A stretch of 64,000 bases of DNA. It comes from Mustelus asterias (taxonomy: Eukaryota). The notes under the pieces are model-generated. The model was not told the DNA's origin. It saw only the letters and a program-made list of their open reading frames with translations, and did no database searches. Shown in pieces: positions 12,862 to 26,656 of this stretch; within the stretch, counting starts at the first letter, position 1, and each line of letters begins with the position of its first letter. The DNA lies in contig NC_135827.1 of assembly GCF_964213995.1 (NCBI RefSeq), positions 3,906,001-3,970,000 of the forward strand, written 5' to 3'. The position numbers and the translations under genes are program-made.

Positions 12862-14754
12862 CTACCAAATAAACCTGTTGGACTTTAACCTGGTGTTGTG
12901 AGACTTCTTAATGTATTTATTGAACTCTAGGCTTTGGAAATAGTTTCTCTTCACTTACTTACAAATGTAGAGAGATGGATGGAGCAATAAGTGGAAAATT
13001 CAATAACTAAGGGACAACTTACTCTCCCCCTGTAATGATATCCCTCATCTTAATGAGCAAATTAAAATCTCTATGATTAGCTTGGCAAGCACAAATGGAT
13101 GAGTTAGTGAACTTGGGTGCAGTCTGTGCAGATTTAAGGGTTTAATTTGATCAAGGGATGAAAACAGGCAATAAATAGGTACCATGCTAATATGTTATGC
13201 CTTTTTAAAAGTCTTGTTTACCACACAATTTTGGTCCTAATTGCTGATTATCATAATTTGAGACTGCTTGGAGTTGTGAAACCAGAAACTTGCATATTTA
13301 GCCCTGATTAGATATAATTTTCATAGAATAATATACGTGAGCTCCTTGCATCCACTAGATGTGAAGTGCCAGCTCTGGCTGGTACCCAATGGCACATTGC
13401 TGTATGGGACTGAAGGAGAGGGTGCTCAGGTTTCTGAATGTAATACTGGAATTTTCGGTGGAGGAGGTTCAGAGGAGAACGGATGTTTTGTAGCTGCAAT
13501 AGGGAAAGAGGTCACATCGCTGTTATTCCTGCAGCAGCTGCTGCTGCTCAACCTGGCCTTATTTCCTCCTCTCATTCCTTGTCTAGACCAAGGGTTCCTC
13601 TTGCAAGATATTCTTGACCAAGCATTCCCTTTATCCTGGTGACTCCTATAAAGTGTAGTAGCACAGCAGTTACTCTTTTTATATGAAGTCTTTGACAAAT
13701 GTCTAGAATAAAGGTTGCGAGAGTTTCAGTGATATATTGAGAAAATGTCCGAGGAAGTTTTGCAATACATTTCAGAAGCCCTCAGCGGCAATGAACATAA
13801 AATACTGAGTATCGCTTTAAGTAGCACTTGAAATTAACATCAACATTGACTCCCTCAGATGTCAATGATAGAAGGGATTTTGTTGAAGTGTTGGCCGCAA
13901 AAATGATGTGAAGCCCCTTTAATGAGTGCGTATAGGCACTTTAATGGCAATCACTAGTTAACGTTTCTCTTAAGTGGTTGGAGCTAATGCTGATTTCAAC
14001 TCCTTTACCAAGATGGCATCTAGTGCTAAATGTGTGCTAAATTAGTGTTGCAGCTTTAGACCCCATTTTGTGCAGGCCGTTTAGTGCCTAAGGTGAAAAT
14101 CACACCCACAACTTTCAATTAACTTTCACATACAAAGTGCAATTAACCAACACCAGCTGGCAGGAAGCTTGTTAATAGAAGCAATGGTCAGAATTTTACT
14201 GAGGCAGACATGAGCCTGACCCAGAAGCGCTTAAAATTGTGCAGGAAGATGTCAGGCGCATGTCTTGATACCATCGCGCCTTTGTGTGATATTTTGATCA
14301 GTGGCAAGTACGGGAGTCAGAAGCGTGCCCTCCAACAATCAAGAAGCGAATTTAAATTAAGCAGAAATTGGCTAGGATTTTATGTTGCCTGTTTACCTTT
14401 ATGGTTGGTGGGCAGGCTGATTGGCAAGGCGGCCTTTATTTTTCAGCTGCAATCTCGATCCAGGGTGGGATGAAAGTCAGGACTCCAGTAAGAATAACAA
14501 ATGTGTCTGGAGACCAGAAGTCTGTGTATGATTGTGCTGCCTAGACACTTGTGGCTTAGTTTCTTTTTGCTGATTTTTATTTTCCACTGGCTAAGACAGC
14601 TCTGCAGCAGCCGTTCCCCTGAGGGAGCACACTGGGATCACCGCCTGCATGCTTCCTTTACTCAGCACCCACTCTCCTCCCACCCTCTCTGACAGTGTTC
14701 AGCTTTCACAGAGCATGTTTTGGACTGAATGGCTGTTTACTGTCCAGCCAGCTT

Positions 14755-15108
14755 AATCATAGAATCTGTACAGTGCAGAAGAGGCCATTTGGCCCATCGA
14801 GTCTGCACCAACTCTCTGACAGAGTATTTTACCCATGCCCTCTCCCACCCTATCCCTGTAATCCCACACGTTTACCATAGCTAATCCTATCTAACCTACA
14901 CATCTTGAATCACCAAGAGGCAATTTAGCATGTCCAATCCACCTAACCTGCACATCTTTGGGGTGTGGGAGGAAACTGGAGCACCCGGAGGAAACCCACG
15001 CAGACATGGGGAAATCATGCAAACTCCACACAGACAGTCACCCAAGGCTAGAATTGAACCTGGGTCCCTAGAGCTAAGAGGCAACAGTGCTAACCACCGT
15101 GCCGTCCC
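14755..15108 (-). mobile_element. V-SINE
   Basis: Head, V domain and atcatagaat tail in reverse orientation. Confidence 0.88.
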
Positions 15109-18100
15109 AGTATTGGGTAACATCATAATCCCATCCGTGTGTCATATTCTCACTTGCCTACGCTGATTTTGGGCATGCCCCAAACATAAATTGACATAAA
15201 GTGAAAGATACTGAAGGTCTGGGTAGAGCTAGTGCAGATTAACACAGCCAGTTGCTGCTTCTTTACAGATGGTTTCTACTGTGACAGGACATGTAATGAT
15301 GTTTGCTATTAGTTAGACTTGCCCTTGTACTTAAAGGTCTGAAATGTTTTTGTTTCACAAGTTACTGAAAGTATGAGCTGATAATAGCATAGTGAGCGAA
15401 ATGGGACTTCAGTGAACAGGGAAAGAAACTGCATCTCCACAACTAACTGAGGAATGTGAAATTAACTGCACAAAGATTGAGAGGGAAGTGCAAATTAGAG
15501 AGAGTAAGTTCACTACCTCTGGACCAGAAGCTCCAGGTTCAAGTCCCATGTGAGGTCTTGATGATTATGGATGGTGCATTTGTATGCATCCAAGGTTGAT
15601 TATTAACTTGTAAATCCTTCTATTGTGTCTGATAGTAGGTGGTAAGAGTGGGAGAATTTCCTGGTTAGCCAAGTATAATCATGGACCAATCCAATGGAAG
15701 TACAAGGTTGCCAATGCCCTCTTAGGACATGGTACTGGAAGGAGGAAGAATTCAATGTCAATATAAAGAAAGGTTGGATGCAAGAAGTGAGGAAAAACTA
15801 AATTAAATTTGACATTTTAACATTTCCAACAGAATAGAAATCTAAGGAATGAGATTCCAAACTTGAAATAGTAATTTTCAGGATTAGCAGGGTTGGTTAA
15901 TAGCAATCAACATATTTTACTTCATTAGAGGGTACTTGGACTGAAATGAGCAAGACTTAACTTTCTGCAGCAAAATTAGCTCGTATCTACAAATAGCAGC
16001 TTCATGAATTTCTGCGGTGAGCCAAACAGCAAGACGCTATTTTGCAAACCTGATGGTGGAGCATATCCACTTCGACCGCAATTTTTGGATATCTGCCTGT
16101 AACCTCACATCAGCCCTCTGTCTAAAGTTGCTGCACCATTTGCACATAAACCATGGTGAGGGTCATTAACCTCATCGTCACCTTTGTCATGGTTACCAAG
16201 CCTGTCAGTAAACACAGTTGTAAGCAGATGGAGCTCCCCTGTGAAATGCACCATTTCATGGGGTGGTATTGCCTAGCCACGCCGAGTGGGAAGCTCCCTG
16301 GTTCATTTCCTGGTCTGTGTTGAGTTTGCAGATATGCAACAGGAAGGTAATTGGTAATTTTACAGTTGATCTGAAGTTCCTTTGAACGAAAGAAGGCCAA
16401 CTTAAGCATGGTTCCCATTCCTGATCAATAATCAATGACTCTACAGTAAGGTGGAATTAGAAATTGAAGTGCAATGCTTTTCATGTAGAACAGCTCCAAT
16501 ACATTCATTTGCTGGATCCACTCTTGAAAAATTGTCAGTGCACAAGTTCATACAGCATAGCAGGATCCTGACATGAGTCATCAGCGTAGAACACTGGATG
16601 GTGAGAGAAGGAGGCACTTCTTAGAGCAACAATAAGGACTTAAAGACAGTCAGCAGTTATTTTGACTATAAATGTTGGAACAACACAGGAATCCTATTGA
16701 AAAGTACCAAAAGGCTGCATAGTGCTGAAGTTTTCCCATCTCAGTAAAGCAAAACTGAGGCTACAGCCAGAACAAAGCTTAGTTAGTTGAACTTTCAGTT
16801 GCCTGTTTCCCTAATACATTTAATCAGAATGTGGCACGCTTTGCTCTTGATCATCTCATAAAAAGTGCAAGAGTCACTGGGGATGTAGATTCAAATTTAC
16901 TCAATGCTAGGAAACAGTAAACAGCTTTAAATATAGTTTCCCTCCCAAGACAGATAAGTACTGGAATGTGGTCCCTCAGGAAATCCCACCCAGCTCTTTA
17001 GTCAATGCTTCTGAGGAGTCATTAAGATCCAGATCATAAACATTTAAATATATCCAGCAGTTAGGACTTCTCCTGCAGCAGGTAATTTGCTTGTGTGATC
17101 TTTTTTGCTCTTGTGCTATTACATAAGGTTGCAAATCCTGTACATTTGTCCTCGACTCTTCAGGATTAGTTTCTTGGATAGTGTGTAAAAAAAAAAATAT
17201 AAAGGCATGGTGTTTTTTCTTTCATTACCATGAACGTTTTTTTTTCCATTAGTTGTAATATTATTAGAAATGGGAATTAAAAGCTGTTTGACAGGACAGA
17301 GGCAGGAAAATCATGTGATGAAATCTCTAGGAATTAGTCCAATCAGAGTTGGCAATGCTTTGTTACGGTGAAGGGAGAGGAAGCCTATTACTGTCGATCT
17401 GATGATCAGGGTTTAAGGTTGTAGGGATGAAGGTACGAGGTGAAGCTTCCTCCTTGTGTGTCAGTCTATTGATTTCTATGTCAGTTGGCAGCTTAGCCCA
17501 TGACCAGCATGACTCTGACAGGACTGAGGTCAGTCTACAACGAGCAGCAATGTTCCTATGTCTGTGAATGACATATGTTCTAGCTGGTCTGTGGCAACCA
17601 CAAACCAAAACAATATTATGCTGATATTCAGCATCTGGATTGTACCACACCCCTCCTTGTGCAGAATTATTTGCAGAACGCACTGACTAATGTTTTCTGT
17701 TTCTATGGGTGTGGGTAGTGCTTTAGTACTCAGTGAACATGTGCATCATAATACAGTGCAGGAGAAGACCATTCAGCCCATCATGTTTCTATTGGCATTT
17801 GAAAGAGCGACCTAATGAATTCTACATCCCTACTCTTTCCTCATTGCATTGAAATTTAGGCCCAGTTTTTCATTCAGGTGTGCAGAGTTAGGATATTTTC
17901 CGGCTCCGCCAACCCCACCTGGGAGAGAGAGACCCAGGAGGTTGGATTTTCATTCCGGGGCTGGCGAACTGGATCAGAAGTTGGACCTACTGCCCACTGG
18001 AACAAGCAGGGAGGCTGCCCAATTAGGGCTGGACGGTAGGCCTGTCCCTCTGCTACGACACTCTGTTGAAGTTTTTTAAAAAAATGATTAAAACAAAAAT

Positions 18101-18189
18101 TAACCCTCATCCATCATGCCCACAGCTGGGCTTCTGGATTCTGGCCTCTAGCTGTACTTTTGCACGGATGCCGACTGTTCTTGTTTCCT

Positions 18190-18865
18190 TTATTCATCAC
18201 TGGCAAGGCCAGCATTTGATTGCTCACCCCTAATTCATAGAATCATAGAACCTTTACAGTGAAGAAGGAGGCCACTTGGCCCATCACATCTGCACCAACC
18301 ACGATCCCACCCAGGCCTGATCCCATAACACCACGTATTTACCCTGCTAATCCATCTGACACTAAGGGGCAATATAGCATGAGCCTAACCCGCACAGCTT
18401 TGGACTGTGGGGGCAAACTGGAGCACCTGAGGAAATCCATTTAGATACAGGGAGAACATGCAATCTCCACACAGTGACCCAAGCCGGGAATTGAACCCAA
18501 GTCCTTGGCACAGTGAGGCAGCAGTGCTAACCACCGTGCCGCCCATAAATTGCCCTTGAACTCTGTGTCTTGTTCAGCCATTTCAAAAGACAGTTAAGAA
18601 TCAACCACATTGCTGTGGGTCTGGAGTCACATGTACGCTAGACCAGGTAAGGATGGCAGATTTCTTTCCCAGAAGGATATGAATGGACCAGATGGGTGTG
18701 TAATAATAGTCAATAACAGTTTCACCATCACCATTACTGAGACTAGCTTTCAGTGTCAAATTAATTAGTTGAATTTACATTCCACAGAGCTGCTGTGGTG
18801 GGATTTAAACCCATTGACCCCAGAGCATTAGCCTGAGCTTCTGGATCACTCATCATTATGCTACA
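18190..18865 (-). mobile_element. Older tRNA-headed SINE (second family), host of the V-SINE
   Basis: Core aagaatcaaccacattgctgtgggtctggagtcacatg, also seen at 44555-44785. Its 3' tail matches the LINE end at about 30110-30190. Confidence 0.7.
18235..18545 (-). mobile_element. V-SINE inserted in an older SINE
   Basis: Splits ccctaatt|gcccttgaac of the host element. Confidence 0.87.
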
Positions 18866-19506
18866 ACCAGCCCCTGGTGAGATTCACCAGAAGTTGTTGA
18901 TCTTGGTGAGACCCCTCAATTTGTCACCATTTGGCTGGGATACCCCTCCCCCACCAAAATGGTTACAAACCCTGGTGAGGAGGGATGACTGGCTCTCTGC
19001 CTTACCATCCTGCCTGGTAGCAACAAACTCTAATCTAATAAGGTGTACCTTGGGTACTTTTTCCAGACCCAATAGTTATATTTGAAAAGGAAGCAATTTT
19101 GGGGAGACGTGATGTGATCTCGGGAACGGCTGGGTTTCCATGAACTCTAGCGCGACTCAGCTTTTAATCCTTTCATTTATCCTAATGCACAGCCTATAAG
19201 TACCTAATCTTGGAGTGAAAACTCCATACTATATCTTTGGAAAATTACTGTTTAATTGTTGGGACAGAGGTCTACAGAGATAGAGCTGAAGAATGGAGCA
19301 AACTGGATAGCTGTTTCGGGAGATGGTGCAGACATGATGGGCTGAATGGCTTCCTGTGCTGTAAAATTCTACGATTCTAAAATGCTGAGTCAAGTCATGA
19401 ATATCCTCAATGGAAAGAAGCAATTGGAAGAAGCTGGGCCCTCAATATGGTGACTTGGTCAGTGAGCGAGCTCTCGACTGCCAACTCCACAGGCATTGTA
19501 GACGAT

Positions 19507-20593
19507 GGGGGCGATTATCCCAAAAGTGCTAAATTGGTGGGAAAACTGTTCTGGATCACGACTGTTTTTTCAGTGCAGATTCAGACCCGAATCTCCGCAC
19601 TCTGTGCACTGCAGAGGTCACAATCGTGAATCTCATTAAAAACCCAGGGGGCGGGGCCTATTCGCGCCGGAGTCTGACAGCTCTGGAACTCTGCGCATGC
19701 GCAATGGTCCCGATCTGTCACTCTTCCCATTTGCTGGCCAGCTCGATTGCTGGCCAGCACGGGACCCCCGCAGTGCTGCCCCTCCAGCCCCCCACAACGG
19801 CTCGATTGCGGCCCCCACAACAATTCCCGGGCCGGCCCTGAGCCCCTGCACCCCGATGTCCAGTCTATTCCCCCCCCAGCAGTGGCAATCACCCTCACCC
19901 CACTCACCCCAGCAGACCGCACCCCCCCCCCCTCCCGGGAGGCAGGCCCTACCCCATCCCCGGCAGACCATCCCCCCCCCAGCCCATCCCAATCGCTGGC
20001 CTCCCTCCAGCCCAGACTGACCCCAATTCAGAATGGCAGCGGAACTCTGCCAATCTCCCCTAGGCCCCACCCCCTTGGCACTGCCTAATGCCCAGTGGGC
20101 AATGCCAAGGTGTCCCTTGGGCATGGGCACTTTGCCCCTTGGTCAGTGCCAGGGAGCACAGGCTGGCACTGCCAGGGTGCCCATGCCCAAGGGGCACCAC
20201 CCCGCACTGCCCGACCCCCTGGGGGGCCCCGATTGCCCCCCCTTCACTCCGGCGGGGTCTCCCGCTAGTTCCCCAAACGTGGGGAGCTAGTCTAAAGCCC
20301 GCCGGAATGAAGTAGCCCTGGCGGGGTGTGAGATGCTATCAGGCCCGGCAAGTTCCGTGCCGGGCCCGATAATCGCATCTAAAATACATTTAAAATATAT
20401 GTAAAACATATTCAAATGACTTGCCTCACTTCCCGCCGGACTTCTGCGCATTTCCAGTGGTGCCATTTTCTTCCGGTTGGGAGATGCGCACAGCTCGTAA
20501 AAGCTCGCGGGGAACCCATGAAATGGCCAACACGTGCATCTCCCGACCCAATCCACCGGAACAGTTGCAGGTTGCAATGGGAGAATCGGGCTC
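19507..20593. mobile_element. GC-rich non-autonomous TIR element (possibly PIF/Harbinger-type)
   Basis: Sharp GC/CpG-rich island. Left end gggggcgattatccc matches the reverse complement of the right end (gagcccgattctccc) at 11/15. Confidence 0.6.
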
Positions 20594-21000
20594 AATGATT
20601 AAGGATTGGACGACAAACTCTGCTTTTTGGCACTGAATTTCAGTACTCCTATTGCTGAATTGCAGAGTACTGCTAAGAAGCTTGGTGAAGCGGAAGAAAG
20701 AATCCCTGTTATCAAGAATGAGGCTTCCCCAGCTGAGGCTCGCTTTCAATCCTTGGAAAATCAGCTCAGTGGTATTTCAGATATCGTGATTGATCCGCAG
20801 TGCCGGGGCCGAAGGAGGAGCATCCGTGTGATCGGTTTTCCAGAAAGAGCTGAGAGCGAGTTCCCAGCTAAATCTTTTGAGAATTAGCTACCATGTTTTT
20901 TAAAATCTCGACACGAAAGCTGATTGTATTAATCCTGAAGGGGCACGTCGTATCCTGCTTTCGAGGCCTGACCCCCAGCTGTTAATCAGATGTCTTCATA
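20592..21000 (+). mobile_element. L1 ORF1p remnant
   Basis: Coiled coil KLGEAEERI..LENQL, then RGRRRSIRVIGFPERAE, resembling the RxRRNNIRIxGxPE motif of L1 ORF1. Confidence 0.75.
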
Positions 21001-22249
21001 GCTTTAGTTGGAGATGAAGCTGAAAAGCATCTGAAAGCTATCTGAATGCAGATTCCGCGCTTTACCCTGTTAGCCTGAGGTGGACGTCCGCTGGATCCTT
21101 AAGGCTGCTCAACAATCCTACTAGGGCTTTGGCTTCTCTAAACTCAGTGGATGGCAATAATTTGGAGTCATAATCTGCAATTCATTGCTAATCCTGGACT
21201 TTACCCTTGTCATTACAGTCCTTTTTTGATTTTGTGATGTTATTTAACACGTTGACAGGGCTCTGAGGCAAATTTCACCTGTTATCCTTTGAAAACAAGG
21301 GGCGTCGTCCATTTGTTTACAATGGAATGCATCCCTCAGCATTTTCCTTTAATTACTCCAAATTTGAGACACAGATTTGATCCCATTGTATCCTTGTTGT
21401 GCCAGGGGTGCAAGATGCCTGCATGCTTCTGGTCTTTTGTCAAAATTGAATCCTAGTGGTGTAATATCGTTAAAGAGTTTGAGAGTGTTTTGGGAGCACG
21501 CTGGGTAGGTTGTATGACACTAGAGCTGATATTTATCTGTTTCGTCTTCTTATAATCCTTGCATTTATAATGGTGGCATTTACTATTTGATATCCTTTAC
21601 ACTTGTCATGGCTAATATGAGTAGCACCACTGCGTGGAGGTGAGTGGGTGTTTTGGTGTTGATGTTGCAGGTATGGCCCATGTGTCCTCACAGCTGGTGA
21701 GGAAAACCCCCTTAGAACTAATGGTGTTACGTAGTTTTTTCGGTATTGTTGTTATTTTGGAGTCAAAGAATCTCTGACGGACTCCTGTAAAAGTGCAGAC
21801 AGAGCACATATCCTGGAAAAGGCATTGTTTTGCATCAATGGCGCCTCTGGTGCAGCTGGAGATTGGTGCGTGCCTTAGCGAGGTATGAGAATCTTTAGCT
21901 GTCCAACCTTTTCTACCTCTGTCAATATCCTATATTCTCCTTGGCTGAATACGCAATGGCACTAGCTACTTTAAAAATCCAGGAAGTTACATGGCTCTAT
22001 CTCTTCTACCCAGTAAGCAAGGGCGTGCTCCATTATGCCATATATGCATGGCTTTTTTTTGTTATCCTATCAGTCTATGAAACATCCTTTCATTGTTTGT
22101 ACCTCTGGAGACGTTGTTTGAAATGAATAATGAACTGTGTTGATGCTCTCTTACCTCTTTCTGTAGGTATATGTGAAAAAATGATTATGCTGTACTGTAC
22201 CAATCCTTCAGGGTTTGTTGCATTGTTTGTAAAATGGAGAAATATCATA

Positions 22250-22460
22250 CAACCACTGAGTAATAGAGTGGTAGGACAGTGAGTGACGGAAAAGAAGGGC
22301 AGCGATTGATGGAGAGGCAGCCACTGAGTAAAACTGACAGAGCAGTGACTGATGGAGAAGCAGCCACTGAATAATAGAATGGCAGGGCAGTAACTGACGG
22401 AGAGGCAGAGCAGTGAGTGACAGAGATGTGAGATGTTGAGTACCAGAGCTGAGACACTGA
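22250..22460. repeat. Degenerate purine-rich minisatellite (~21-24-bp units)
   Basis: Alternating cagccactgagtaatagaatggcagg and gcagtgactgacggagagg units. Confidence 0.75.
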
Positions 22461-23205
22461 GTATCAAACAAACAGGATACAGATGAGCAAAGAAACGGGA
22501 CTCTATGACAAGAGAAAATGGGTGCTGTGTCATAGCGAGGGATATATGGGCCACAGAACCACCGGTTGTCAGCTTATTAATTTTTTTAGTATATTCATTC
22601 ATGGGATATGGACATCGCTGGTAAAGCCAACATTTATTGCTTATTCCTAATTGCCCTTGAGAAGGTGGTAATGAGTCTTGAATTGCTGCAGTCCATGTTG
22701 TGTAGGTACATCCAAAGTGCTATTAGAGAGCCAGTTCTGGGATTTTGATGCAGTGATGATTAAGGAACGGTGATATAGTTCTAAGGATATTTGATTCCCC
22801 AACATTACTCAGCATCTAATCTCTGCCAACAAGTGGTGGTCTTGTGACAGCAACATGCTTTGATCATTGGATTCCCTATCAAATACCAGTGTGATGGCAC
22901 TGCTACCACCATCAAGGGCTCAAAGAGAATGACCAATGCCATTTTCTCAAGGTGGCAGAAAATAAACAAAATATCCAGTGTTGTCCACATCTTCTGAACA
23001 ATTAAAAAACAAAGAGGAGAATTTGAATTGTGGGTCTTGCATTATTTTGTAGGTAAGTTAGAATTTTGTAGTAACCAGCAATAGAAAATACACAATACCG
23101 AGTGTAACCAGTTTAAGCTGAAAAGATTTTTCTATTAAGTGATGTATGAACTTCCATTGTCTTGGTGACCAAAGCAGCCCAGGAGAGTACGCACCAAATA
23201 TATAG

Positions 23206-23331
23206 GGTGAGATTCTCCGGTCGCGCTCGCCCCAAAACACAAAAATCCTGCCTGTGGTCAATGGACCTTTGCATGGTCCGCCTCCTGCCCACTATGATTC
23301 CCGCAGCGGGTGAGATGGGAGATTTCCCCCG
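23206..23331. mobile_element. Short MITE-like element
   Basis: Imperfect TIRs gggtgagattctcc and gggagatttccccc; CpG-rich. Confidence 0.5.
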
Positions 23332-23574
23332 TAACCTTGGATTTCTTTGTAATTGCTCTTGCTCTGCTGCTGTAACTTGTCTGGAAATGTGGCAGGAACC
23401 CTGCTTCTACATGTAAACAGGTTTCTGTCACAGTTCCAAAACTGCAGGAGCAGCTCCAAGGAAATTCTTGATCTATATGTAGAATCTGCTAATAATGTTT
23501 ATTTATTGTATATGTTATGGATAAGGGTGTGTCCCTGAATGGGCTTCAGATTCAACAGCCATAACAATAATAAA

Positions 23575-23872
23575 CTAAAGTTAATTTATTAGTCACAAGT
23601 AGACTTACATTAACACTGCAATGAAGATACTGTGAAAGTCCCCTAGTCGCCACATTCCAGCGCTTGCTCGGTACAGTGAGGGAGAATTTAGCATGGCCAA
23701 TGCACACCTAACCAGCACAGCTTTTGGACTGTGGAAGGAAACCACAGCACCCAGAGGAAACCCATGCAGACACGGGGAGAATGTGCAGACCCTGCACAGA
23801 CAGTGACCCAAACCGGGAATCAAACCTGGCTCCCTGGTGCTGTGAGGCAGCAATGCTAACCACTGTGCCACC
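23575..23872 (-). mobile_element. V-SINE with an alternative (non-CR1) 3' tail
   Basis: Same head and V domain, but the tail reads tttattagtcacaagtagacttacattaacactgcaatgaag on the + strand. Confidence 0.85.
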
Positions 23873-23899
23873 ACAGCTCAATATATCTACAAGCTTGTT

Positions 23900-24670
23900 A
23901 CGTTCTTGTGATGTGCTGATGACACAGCAGAATTATAAGAGGTCTTATAAAATATAGTAGATCGAATAAAAGGTAGAAGTTTAGAGTATGGATTAAGTAT
24001 GAACGCCAAAAATACTAAAACAATGACAATTGGGAGGAATATGTTAGAAGAAACTAGAGCGGAGGCTGAAGTGGATGGTGTCACATTGGAACAAGTAGAT
24101 AAGTTTGTCTATTTAGGACAAATGATAATGAAAGATGATAGATGCTATGCCAAAGGATAGAAATAACCAGAAGTAATTTTATAAAGATCAAGCCTGCGTT
24201 AACACGAAATTTAAGATTATGACGAGGAAAAATACATACAATGCTACATTCTATCCATATTTTGTATGCCTCAGAAACCTGGACAATATGTAAAGATCTG
24301 TGGAAGGAAATAGAGGCCTTTGAAATGTGGGAATTGAGACTTTTGCTAAAAGTTCCATGTACAGACCAGAAGACAGATGATGATATGCTTGAAATTGCAA
24401 GAGCAAAAATAACACTAATAAGTGACACCCAGAAAAGAAAATGTCAGTATTTCAGACATTTGATTAGACCTGAAAAGTTACAGAGACCTCTTCTAGAGGC
24501 CAGAGTGGAGGGCAGCAGAAAAAGTGATTGGCCTAAGCATAGTTGGATGACGGATGTCACAGAACGGTTGTTGATGAGCTACAGTGGATGAGTGAGAATG
24601 GTGCAAGACAAACGAGTGTGACATACCATGACAGCAGATTTCCTGGTAGGAGCGGCTTCAAGCAGCAGCA
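23900..24670 (+). mobile_element. RTE-clade LINE 3' fragment
   Basis: ILYASETWT..IEAFEMW..LLKVP..YFRHLIR..VEGSR..SWMTDV, ending in (agc)n. Confidence 0.85.
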
Positions 24671-26656
24671 ATAATAAATCTGTAATAGAATTGCTTTCAA
24701 TTGCAGAACAATTTTCTTATAACACCATCCACTACACCAGATTAAGATTGGTTGCACAACAAGCCTCAGAACCATTTAAAACCTTGAAAACCCTCTCTTC
24801 CAAGTTTGGTAGCATGCCATTAATATAAGGAAGTTGTCATGGGCATGATGAAAATACTAATTTGTGCTTTTGGTATCAGAGTGATTTGTTGGATGTGTTA
24901 GCTGTGTCTCTGCGATATCGTTCTTGCCTCTGTGTCAAAGTTTGTGGTTTCAAGTTTTTTGTGCAAATTATTTAGGCTGATATTGCAATGCTGCACTGAG
25001 GGGTGCTGAACTATCAGAGATGCCATCTTCAATGTTAAACCGTGATCCTATGTTCTCTTTCAAGTGGATGTACTGAAATATTTAATGGAACGTTTTGGGA
25101 TGTATTGAGTTTGTGAAATCACCTATCTACCACATTACTATCTATCTAACCATCCATATATTAACTCTGCACTCAAGCAGTTCCTGGCAAGGAAACCCCT
25201 CCTGATTGCCACTTATTGCTCTCCTCTATTGATGAATTAGTGCTCCTCCATGTTTGAACACCACTTGGAAGAAGGATTGAGGTTAGTCTGTGCACAAAAT
25301 GTACTCTGGGTGATGCATTTTTATGTCCATCAACAAGTGCAGCTTGGTAGCGCCATCCTGACTGAGCAAACCAAAAACTGATGGAACTAGCTGCCAGATT
25401 AGATATGCAACAGATAGTGAGAGAATGAACTAGAACTACTTGACCCATTCCTCATTAATCCATCTGTTGTAGTCCATGACAGTATTGGTGGAATACCACC
25501 TCGCAGAATAGACAAAGTGCTGTCTTCACACTGAGAACACCATCCGTCGTGTTGTATGGCACGTCCACTGTGCTAAGTGGAACAGATTCAGAACAGATCC
25601 AGTGTCTCAAAACTGGGCAGCCATGAGGTACTATAAGCCATCAAGACCAGTAGAATAGTATTCAACCATGATCTGTACCCTCACTGCCCGGTGTACACCT
25701 TACTCTATTATTATCATCATACAGAATTCTGATGTGTAGCAAGCATGCCAGGAGTAACATCAGGCATACCTAAAAATGAAGTGCCAAGGTACAGTACAGG
25801 ACTCTATCCATGCTAAACAGTGGCAGCATGCTATAGGCAGAGCTGACTGATCTCACAACCAAAAATCAGATCAAAGCTCTGAAGTCCTGCCACCGATCAT
25901 CAATGGCGTGGACAATTAAACATGAGGAGGATCTACAAATGTCCATTCCTGAATGATGAAGGAGCCCAGTATATTAGTGCAAAATACAAGGTTCAAGCAC
26001 TTGTCACCAAATTCAGCCAGATGTGCTGAGTAGATGATCCATCTTGGCATCCTTTTGACGTCCCCACCATAATAGGTGCCACTGGCATATTTGCTTACCT
26101 CCAATGTGATATCAAGAAATAGTTGAAGGCAGAGGAAACAACAAAAGCCTGACACATTCCAATTGTAGTACTGAAGATTTATGTTGCAGAAATATCTGCA
26201 CCCTTAGCCATGTTGACACAATACAACTGCAACACTGGCATCTTGCTGACAATATGAAAAGTTGTCCAGATAAACCCTGTTCTCACAATGCAAGACAAAT
26301 AATTTCTCTCCAATTACTATCCCATCAATGAAAAATGATGGAAAGTGTCATTGACAGTGCTATTAAGTAACACTTGCCCAGCAAAATCCTGCTCACTAAT
26401 GCTCAGTTTGGGTTCTGTCAACTCCTGATCTCATTAAGCCTTAGTCTAAACATGGGACGAGAGAGCTGAGTTACAGAGGTGAAGTGAGATTGACTGTATT
26501 TAACATTAAGATACTCTTTGACGATGCATCAAAGCACCTTGCCCAAATTGAAGTCAATGGGAATCATGGAGAAAACTCACCACTGTTTGGAGTCATACCT
26601 AGATTACAGGAAGATGGTTATCATTGTTGCAGGCCCATCATCTCAGTCCCATGACT

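Larger units (their letters stand above)
11251..12913 (-). mobile_element. Penelope-like retroelement, 5'-truncated, with inverted terminal copy and 12-bp TSD
   Basis: RT C-terminus (RYINDIFFLWTHG, a decayed YIDD) plus GIY-YIG endonuclease (VVYLIRC..WYIGET..NEH). Segment 12657-12912 is an inverted copy of about 11289-11547. TSD tatttattgaac at 11239-11250 and 12914-12925. Confidence 0.93.

Noticed and set aside
16170-16600. Conserved non-coding element or exon
   Set aside because: Weak similarity to about 62500-62800 suggests another old dispersed repeat; too degenerate to call.
19581-20749. Overlapping Pro/Gly-rich ORFs as a nested gene
   Set aside because: Open in many frames because of high GC inside a TIR-bounded repeat; no recognisable domain.
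22090-22602. 170-aa minus-strand ORF
   Set aside because: Translation of a minisatellite.
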